DNA from: Eubacteriaceae bacterium | GTDB taxonomy: Bacteria > Bacillota > Clostridia > Eubacteriales > Anaerofustaceae | Direction: 5' to 3' | Assembly: GCA_012727485.1 (NCBI GenBank) | Contig: JAAYHF010000169.1 | Span: 1 to 58,325 of the forward strand | Length of the DNA: 58,325 nt | In this document: one piece after another, positions 41,435 to 48,330 of the stretch | How the letters are laid out: every line of letters begins with the position of its first letter | Position numbering within the stretch: the first letter of the stretch is position 1 | The notes under the pieces: model-generated | What the model was told of the DNA's origin: nothing | The model's database searches: none | The model's input: only the letters and a program-made list of their open reading frames with translations | Made by a program: the position numbers and the translations under genes

Positions 41435-42795
41435 TTCAGATTGGCAATATCCTTTTCATTTAATACCATCTTCATCGCCCATATCGGAACATCGGGCTTT
41501 TTTGCCCCTTCCTCCAAGAATATGAAGGCCACAGGGTAATTCGGGCGCCTGCGGGGGAAATGTCCGTAGCCGTCGGTGAAATAGATAAGCCCATTGAGCT
41601 TGCTGAATTCCCTTTTTTCCACCAGTTTGTCCACATATTCGAAAACCGGGCGAAAATCCGTTCCGCCGAAGCCCGAAAGAGTCATGTCCCTGATATAGTC
41701 GTCGAATTCCCTGCGGTTGGTTATCTTGTAGTCGTTTTGCACCGCCGCATCGCATTGAATTATATGTATATTCACCTTTTGGGTAAAGCTCTCGCCCGCC
41801 ATCAGTATGGAATAGGTCTTGTTTAAAAACTGTTGTATGGTTTTTCCATGACAGCTTCCCGAGGTATCCAGCGCGATTACAAACTGTTTTATCTGCTTGA
41901 TTTCCTTGTATTCCAAGGGTTCGATCAGGGGCATATTCTTATAAAGGTTAAGCCCGTAGGTATAAAAGACATAATCGAATTCGTCCTCGTTTATTTTCAG
42001 GCGTTCCTCGCGGAATGCGAATTTCTTCAAAAAAGAGGTGTAATCGTATTTGTCCCGGGTCACTTCCTCGATATTCTGGATAATTCCCCCGGAAATATCC
42101 CCCCAATCCTTGGGGGAGCTTTCCAGATCTATCTTGATTCTTTCGCTTATCTCCTCCCATTCCTCACGGCTCAGGGCGATGTTTCCCTCGGGCATATTCC
42201 CGCTTTCTTTTTCGGGCTCGCTTTCACCGCCCTCGCCGTCCTTTGGCTCTCCTCCGCTTTCCCCTGGATACCACAAAGAGTGGTCGTCCCTGACGAAAAG
42301 CGTTTCCAAAGCGAATATATCCGCCGCCGCAAGGGGGGTGGTGCAAAGATAATCGTAGACCTTTTCCGCGGTTATGATTCCCGTGGTGCGGCTTATCACA
42401 GCACAGGCTTCCCTCTGCTTTTGCGATCTCGGCTCATGGGTCAATTCCGATCCGAGATTGTTCGCCACGCTCTCGCAGGCTATATCGCAGGCGAGATTCC
42501 AAAATCTCCTGTCGATGGTTTGACCCACAAAGGGGTGTTTGAAAACAAAATGCAGAACGCAGTGCAAATAATCGGCGCTGACCTTGTCTTTATCCTCTTT
42601 ATAGGAATTAATAATATAGCGGGGGTTGTAGTTATATACTCTGCCGTCCGAGGATATTGCGGATATATCGGAGGCGGCTTTAAATTCGAAGTTAAAAAGA
42701 GCCACATCAAGATACCTCTGTTTGATGAACAGATTGGCTCTACACATATTCAATATTTCTTCACAGAGAGTTTCTGTTTTTCGCAACACATCCAT
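41431..42795 (-). CDS. vWA-domain protein with an N-terminal putative-metallopeptidase-like domain (DUF2201-type architecture)
   Basis: MIDAS residues are DTSGS (41854-41868), GGTD and FTDG. The N-domain has HCVLH (42550-42564). An acidic Gly/Glu linker is GESGGEPKDGEGGESEPEKESG. Confidence 0.75.
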   Translation of the reverse strand: MDVLRKTETLCEEILNMCRANLFIKQRYLDVALFNFEFKAASDISAISSDGRVYNYNPRYIINSYKEDKDKVSADYLHCVLHFVFKHPFVGQTIDRRFWNLACDIACESVANNLGSELTHEPRSQKQREACAVISRTTGIITAEKVYDYLCTTPLAAADIFALETLFVRDDHSLWYPGESGGEPKDGEGGESEPEKESGNMPEGNIALSREEWEEISERIKIDLESSPKDWGDISGGIIQNIEEVTRDKYDYTSFLKKFAFREERLKINEDEFDYVFYTYGLNLYKNMPLIEPLEYKEIKQIKQFVIALDTSGSCHGKTIQQFLNKTYSILMAGESFTQKVNIHIIQCDAAVQNDYKITNRREFDDYIRDMTLSGFGGTDFRPVFEYVDKLVEKREFSKLNGLIYFTDGYGHFPRRRPNYPVAFIFLEEGAKKPDVPIWAMKMVLNEKDIANLK

Positions 42796-42804
42796 AACTT
42801 ACTT

Positions 42805-42833
42805 ATTATAACTTCAAACTGTGCCTTATTCAA
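42805..42833 (-). promoter_or_regulatory. Near-consensus sigma-A promoter TTGAAT-17-TATAAT with the ATG only 9 nt downstream of the -10 (leaderless or near-leaderless)
   Basis: On the minus strand the sequence reads TTGAATaaggcacagtttgaagtTATAATaagtaagttATG. Confidence 0.55.
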
Positions 42834-43882
42834 GTAAAATCACCTTCCCGGGGTCGAATTAACCAAAAGAACCACCGCTTAATCATTTATGAAAAAGATT
42901 ATCGGGAGATTCTTTTACGGCAACAACAAGGGGAAAGCGCACAAAGATACGGGATAAATGCGGGGATTAAACGGATTACCTACCGCGGGGCTTACCCCGA
43001 TGAACTTTCGCCGGATATGCTTCGGGGGGGGGCGGGGTGGAGTTGAGGGAGTATAAAAAGTGAGTTTTGCCTGTCGGGCGGATATTTCATAAATGCTCAT
43101 GCTGAAAAAAGGGCTAAAGCTTCGGTTTAAACTCTTTTTTCGCCATGGAAACGGAGCTTGCAACGGCTGTTTACCGTTTATAATTGCGCCTTTACGCCGC
43201 CGCTTATCTTATAAATTTATTTTTTCACACCGCCGATTATTCGGTGAGATAAAGTCAAGGGAAATAAGGGTTTAAGGTGGATAACAACCCTCTCCGGGAG
43301 GCGTGAAACGGAAAGAATTTTCTTTTTTATCTTTAGGAGCAAAAGGGCGGTCGCTTTTTCACTGTTGTGCGATATAGCCCTGAAATTCGGCTTTAACATT
43401 TTAAAAAGGACATAAGGAAAATGCCGCAACAACAAAGCTATAATTTTATATAAATACCTTTATTTCACAAGTCGATTGCAAACATAAGAAAGCGGTTTAT
43501 CAAAAGAAAAAAAACCGATAATATCTCCCTACCGACGATAAAGCACAATCGGCTGTCAGGAACGAAGCTTACCATGCGAGTTACCGCCCTTTTACGGCAC
43601 TGTTCGCCTTTTGCGGGGTACACTTCCTCTTGCCCGTAAAAGCAAAAACGCAAGTGCCGAAACGCTTTAGCGTTTTATACTTGCGCTTTTTAATTTATGT
43701 CGATTTCTCGTTTATGGGAATGGTTTATCTCGATTTTTTTGTTCGGGTTAATGTGTTTAAGCCTTAGTTCCCGCTTTTCTCGGTTCGAGTTCGAGGCTGT
43801 CCCAAGCCGAATTAACGGATTGACTTTCCTGGCAGTCTCGAAAGCGCCATAAAACCCCGTCGCCCTGCCCGATGGATTAAAT

Positions 43883-44650
43883 TCAGCTTTTTATCAACAC
43901 AACCTGAATCTTATCCGTCTGTGTGTCTTTTTCATCAAAGCTCATGAAATCGTACCACCCCGCAAGGGCAAGCCCGCTTTCCTTTGAATAATGCAGAATT
44001 TGCTCCTTTGAGAGGGGATATTGCCGAGTGAGGATATTCTTCGTTTCCGAGGGGGTTTTGACCTCAAGGTTTGTCACAAGCATATCATCTTTTTTATGCC
44101 GCCGAATGGTCAGCAGACAATCCTTGTAATCAAAAACCTCAAGGGCGTTTCCTCCCCCGTCGAAATTGGACGGCTTGATTATATCAAAGGTGAAAACAGA
44201 GCCTTTCTTAAGCATACCCGATAGATTTTCGAAAACCCTCTGCGTGTCCTTCGCCGGGATATAATTCATGCCGTCACAGGCGCAGTAGGCAAAGTCGTAA
44301 AGCCTGTTTTCCTTAAAATCGCGCATATCCGAAAGCAAAAGGCGGCATTTGAGCTTTTTTTCCCTCAAATTTCCCTCGCAGACAGTGAGCATCTCGGGGG
44401 AAAAATCCACTCCCGTCACCCTTGCCCCCGCCGCGGCGAACATTCCCGTCAGCTCCCCCGTTCCGCAGGCCACATCGAGTATTTCGGCGTTTTTAATATC
44501 TCCGCCTTCGGAAAAGCCCGAAAAGGTATGATAACTTCTGATTTTATTCAGATAATCGAACCATCTTTCATAGTCCACTTCATCGGTGAGCAACTGATAA
44601 TAGGGCGCAAAGCTGTCAAATGCGCCCTTTGTGTCGGTTTGCATTTTCAC
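43883..44650 (-). CDS. Class I SAM-dependent methyltransferase
   Basis: Motif I is LDVACGTGELTG. The start is GTG 44650 (overlapping the upstream stop) or ATG 44644. Confidence 0.8.
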   Translation of the reverse strand: MKMQTDTKGAFDSFAPYYQLLTDEVDYERWFDYLNKIRSYHTFSGFSEGGDIKNAEILDVACGTGELTGMFAAAGARVTGVDFSPEMLTVCEGNLREKKLKCRLLLSDMRDFKENRLYDFAYCACDGMNYIPAKDTQRVFENLSGMLKKGSVFTFDIIKPSNFDGGGNALEVFDYKDCLLTIRRHKKDDMLVTNLEVKTPSETKNILTRQYPLSKEQILHYSKESGLALAGWYDFMSFDEKDTQTDKIQVVLIKS

Positions 44651-44991
44651 ATACTGCGGGTTGCGACTATATTTGCCTTTGTTCCCAGCACATCCTCGAT
44701 CAAAACATCTCCCACCCTGACGGGGGAGGCGACCACGGTTCTGTCTATTATGGAAATGACCTCGTCCATGAGGCTTTTCGGTATGGGGCAGCTTGTCTTA
44801 ACGGGCAACATTTCATGAATGGCGCCCTTGATGCGAATTGTGGAGGTGAGGGTGCGCTCCGGGGAAATCAGCTCCGTTTTCGCGAAGTTAATACCCTTGT
44901 CGCATTTATTGCCGTTTAATTTGAATTCTTCGCCGTCCTCCACCGTCATTTCACAACCCTTGGGGCATAATATGCAAATCATCTGTTTCAT
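44647..44991 (-). CDS. DUF1667-domain protein (small Cys-rich subunit of glycerol-3-P-dehydrogenase-like clusters)
   Basis: The sequence is MKQMICILCPKGCEMTVE...NKCDKG. It overlaps the upstream gene as ATGA. Confidence 0.7.
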   Translation of the reverse strand: MKQMICILCPKGCEMTVEDGEEFKLNGNKCDKGINFAKTELISPERTLTSTIRIKGAIHEMLPVKTSCPIPKSLMDEVISIIDRTVVASPVRVGDVLIEDVLGTKANIVATRSM

Positions 44992-46265
44992 TCGGCTTCC
45001 TCCTTTTCTATTCCGACGGTTATATTACCCCCCGCGGCCTTGGCCAAAAGCTTGCCGGGAATGGTAATGCGTTGCATTTCCGCCGGTATTATGTAGGGCT
45101 TTATCCCATAGCGGGCGATATATTCACCGTTGTCCGCCTTTACGACGATGCGGGAATTTTCATGGCGATCCCTCACTCTGAAGGAAATGTCCACATTCTT
45201 CTCCACATTTGCGGGGCGGATTTTCTGGGGTACGCAGTAATTTATATTGTCCTCACAGAAAACCTGAATAAGCCCGCTGTCGTCCGCCTTGCCCTTTTTC
45301 GCATAAACGGCGGCCGCTTTTCCGGCGCGGATACTTTCGGCGGTGACATAATCCACCAGATCATGCACCTGAAGAATATTTCCGCAGGCGAAAATCCCCT
45401 CAACGGAGGTTTCGTCGTTTTCGTAAACCACAGCTCCGTTGGTGCGGGGGTCCATTACTATTCCCGTGGCTTCGGAAATGTCGTTTTCCGGGATAAGCCC
45501 CACGGAAAGCAGTAGGGTATCGCACTCGATCTCCCTTTCCGTTCCGGGAATGGGGTTTTTACGGGAATCGGTTTGGGAGATCACTATCTTTTCGAGACGG
45601 TTTCTCCCGATGATATTGGTAACGGTGTGGTTCAGATAAAGGGGTATGCCGAAATCGTCCAGGCATTGCACTATATTGCGGGTGAGTCCGCTGGGGGAAG
45701 GCCCTCTTTCGATGACGCCTATCACATTCGCCCCCTCCAGGGTCATTCTGCGGGCCATGATAAGCCCTATATCCCCCGAACCGAAGATAACTATATTCTT
45801 ACCCACCAAAAAACCGTTTATGTTGGCGTATCTCTGGGCGGCTCCCGCCGTATATATGCCAGCGGGCCTTGTGCCGGGGGTGGATATTGCTCCCCTGGGG
45901 CGCTCCCTGCAACCCATGGCAAGAACCACCGCCTTTGCCTGAATGTCAAAACAACCGTTTTCGGGGTTGATTGCGGTGATAACCCTGTCGGCGGATATAT
46001 CGGTAACCATTGTATTGAGCATCACGGTGATGTCCGTTTCGCCCAGCTTATCTATGAATCTTTGGGCATATTCGGGGCCGGTGAGTTCCTCCTTGAAATA
46101 ATGGAGGCCGAAACCGTTATGTATGCACTGGTTGAGTATTCCCCCCAGCTCCTCGTTGCGCTCTATGAGAAGCACCTTTGTATCTCCCTGTTCCCAGGCT
46201 GAATAAGCCGCCGCCAGACCCGCGGGGCCTGCGCCGATGATGGCAACATCGTAATTCATATTCAT
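44988..46265 (-). CDS. NAD(P)/FAD-dependent oxidoreductase (pyridine nucleotide-disulfide oxidoreductase family)
   Basis: The true start is MNMNYDVAIIGAGPAGLAAAY (ATG 46265) with GGAGG 7 nt upstream. It overlaps the upstream stop as TAATG. Confidence 0.8.
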   Translation of the reverse strand: MNMNYDVAIIGAGPAGLAAAYSAWEQGDTKVLLIERNEELGGILNQCIHNGFGLHYFKEELTGPEYAQRFIDKLGETDITVMLNTMVTDISADRVITAINPENGCFDIQAKAVVLAMGCRERPRGAISTPGTRPAGIYTAGAAQRYANINGFLVGKNIVIFGSGDIGLIMARRMTLEGANVIGVIERGPSPSGLTRNIVQCLDDFGIPLYLNHTVTNIIGRNRLEKIVISQTDSRKNPIPGTEREIECDTLLLSVGLIPENDISEATGIVMDPRTNGAVVYENDETSVEGIFACGNILQVHDLVDYVTAESIRAGKAAAVYAKKGKADDSGLIQVFCEDNINYCVPQKIRPANVEKNVDISFRVRDRHENSRIVVKADNGEYIARYGIKPYIIPAEMQRITIPGKLLAKAAGGNITVGIEKEEAE

Positions 46266-47707
46266 TAAAGCACCTCCCTTTGTTTGGTTTTGCTTATCAG
46301 TATTTCGGAACCGCTTCTGCCCTGAAGCACCTCCAGGAGGGATGCGCCCGTTTGGTCGGCTATTATTTGGGCAATCTTGGGCCCGCAGAAACCGCCCTGA
46401 CATCTGCCCATTCCCGCCCGGGTGCGCTTTTTGATGCTGTCTATGGATAGCGCGGGGATAACCCCGTTGATCGCATCTATTATTTCCCCTTCGGTTATGT
46501 GTTCGCATCTGCAAACGATCTTGCCGTAAAGGGGATTGGAGGCGATGAGTTCGTTCTTTTCTTTTCTGGAAAGCTCGTCGAAGCGAACCACCTTGCGGCG
46601 TTCCTGATAATAATTCTTTTTCTCCATTTTAAGCCCGGCGTCCTTTAGAATATCCACCGCGTCCAGCCCTATGGCGGGAGCCGAGGTGAGTCCCGGGGAT
46701 TTAATGGCGGAAAGGTTGATGAAGCCGGGAGTTTCCTCCGCTTGGCCTATCACGAATTCGCCTATATCCGAATTTGCCCTCACCCCCGCAAAGCTCCTTA
46801 TGACGGATCTGAAGGCGATGTCCGGAACGGATCGCAGGGAAGCTTCCTTGATATAATCAAGGGCGTGCTGTTCGACCGAGGTGTCGTCCCTGTCGTTTTG
46901 GGCTTGGGCATCGGGGCCTATGAGCAGATTTCCGTGAACCGTGCGGGTCACAAGCACCCCCTTGCCCTTTTCGTTGGGGCATTGGAATATGGTGCGGTTT
47001 ATGACATTGCTGTCCTTTTTATCCAAAAGATAATATTCGCCCTTGGTGGGGACGATGGTGAATTTATGGTTGCAGACCATGTCGTTTATAACATCGGCAT
47101 GGGTGCCTGCGGCGTTGATTATGTATTTCGCCTCGTAAATTTTTTTATCGGTTTTTACTATAAAGCGGTCGTCGAGCTTTATGATATCCATGACGGGCGC
47201 GGAAAGCTTCAGCTCCACTCCGTTGCGAACAGCCATTTCGGCATAGGCGGTGCATAAATCCCAGGGGTCGATAATGGCGCTGGTGGGAGCATTCAAAGCC
47301 GCCTTAACATTGCGGCTGAGCTTGGGCTCCATATCAAGAGTTTTTTGGGCGCTTAATATCTCTATTCCCGCAACCCCGTTGTTCTTTCCCCTTTTGAGCA
47401 GTTTTTCGATTTCGAGCATATCTTCGTCGCTGAAGGCAAGTACAAAAGCGCCGCACTGCTTATATATAACATCGAATTGCTCTGCGATGTCTTTCATCAT
47501 TGCGGCACCTTTTATATTGTACTTTGCCATCAGGCTGCCTTCGGTCGGATCATATCCCGCGTGAACAATGGCGCTGTTTGCCTTGGTCGCTCCCTCTGCG
47601 ACATCATTATCCTTTTCAAGAACTGCAATTGAAATATCGTATTTCGAAAGTTCAAATGCTGCGGATGCGCCCACTATCCCGCATCCAATAATTATCACAT
47701 CATACAT
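46265..47707 (-). CDS. FAD-dependent oxidoreductase, GlpA-like, with a C-terminal BFD-like [2Fe-2S] domain
   Basis: The start is MYDVIIIGCGIVGASAAFE (AAGGAGG upstream). The C-terminus is CRCEHITEGEI...GMGRCQGGFCGPK. Confidence 0.8.
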   Translation of the reverse strand: MYDVIIIGCGIVGASAAFELSKYDISIAVLEKDNDVAEGATKANSAIVHAGYDPTEGSLMAKYNIKGAAMMKDIAEQFDVIYKQCGAFVLAFSDEDMLEIEKLLKRGKNNGVAGIEILSAQKTLDMEPKLSRNVKAALNAPTSAIIDPWDLCTAYAEMAVRNGVELKLSAPVMDIIKLDDRFIVKTDKKIYEAKYIINAAGTHADVINDMVCNHKFTIVPTKGEYYLLDKKDSNVINRTIFQCPNEKGKGVLVTRTVHGNLLIGPDAQAQNDRDDTSVEQHALDYIKEASLRSVPDIAFRSVIRSFAGVRANSDIGEFVIGQAEETPGFINLSAIKSPGLTSAPAIGLDAVDILKDAGLKMEKKNYYQERRKVVRFDELSRKEKNELIASNPLYGKIVCRCEHITEGEIIDAINGVIPALSIDSIKKRTRAGMGRCQGGFCGPKIAQIIADQTGASLLEVLQGRSGSEILISKTKQREVL

Positions 47708-47803
47708 TGCGGCCTCCTTATTTTCGATAATTATACTAATAAGGAGGGCAAAGTACAAGATTAATCCGTAAAAAACCTTAAAGCAGACATTTTTTACATT
47801 TTT

Positions 47804-48142
47804 TTACATACCGAAGCTGATTGCTATGGCTTCGTTTATCAGCCGCATCGTGTTTTCGTCCACATGGCCTATTTTGTCCTTCAAACGCATCTTATCTATG
47901 GTGCGTATCTGTTCCAAAAGCGCCACCGATTCCCTGGTCAGTCCGGCCGCTTTTTCCAAGGGGATATGGGTGGGCAGCTTCATTTTGTTTGTTTTGGATG
48001 TAATAGCCGACACTATAACCGTGGGGCTGTATTTATTGCCCACATCGTTTTGCAGCACCAGCACAGGGCGCACTCCGCCCTGTTCGCTGCCCACGATGGG
48101 ACTTAAGTCGGCATAATATACATCGCCTCGTTTGATAATCAT
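47804..48142 (-). CDS. mazF: MazF/PemK-family endoribonuclease toxin
   Basis: The sequence is [49 protein letters not shown], with GGAG 7 nt upstream. Confidence 0.85.
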   Translation of the reverse strand: MIIKRGDVYYADLSPIVGSEQGGVRPVLVLQNDVGNKYSPTVIVSAITSKTNKMKLPTHIPLEKAAGLTRESVALLEQIRTIDKMRLKDKIGHVDENTMRLINEAIAISFGM

Positions 48143-48330
48143 AGGTATCTCCGAATATTACATTATTACCGGCAACATAATCGGAACCCCGATACATAAT
48201 ATTTATAAGGTCCGCCTATGTTACCCCGACGAGATTATCTTTGACAAACAGGGTCGGTTTATTCAGGAAAAATAAATGCAATCGTTTGTTATGCCCATTA
48301 CTGTGCTATAATTTATACTCGGAGGAAATC

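Noticed and set aside
41833-42837. 334-aa plus-strand ORF antisense to the vWA gene
   Set aside because: The MIDAS motifs, operon coupling and promoter all support the minus-strand frame. The plus frame has no motifs and would run into the promoter region.
43553-43570. GTCAGGAACGAAGC, resembling the SRP RNA domain IV motif (GUCAGGUCCGGAAGGAAGCAGC)
   Set aside because: The GGAA tetraloop helix and the symmetric-loop residues are missing. The similarity is only partial.
43779-43795. tRNA T-arm-like sequence CTCGG-TTCGAGT-TCGAG on the plus strand
   Set aside because: No complementary acceptor stem, D-arm or anticodon arm could be built from the 70 nt upstream. At most it is a tRNA-like fragment, and I do not claim it as an att site.
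43822-43832. CCAGGAAAGTC on the minus strand, resembling the RNase P RNA CR-I core (GAGGAAAGTCC)
   Set aside because: The following residues (AATCC rather than the universally conserved GGGC or ATGC context) do not fit, and recognisable CR-IV/CR-V elements (ACAGAA...GGCTTA) are absent nearby.
46266-46514. 83-codon N-terminal extension of the 44988-46514 ORF
   Set aside because: The extension is Arg/Gly/Asn-rich nonsense that overlaps the upstream gene. The GxGxxG dinucleotide-binding N-terminus begins at ATG 46265 with GGAGG 7 nt upstream.
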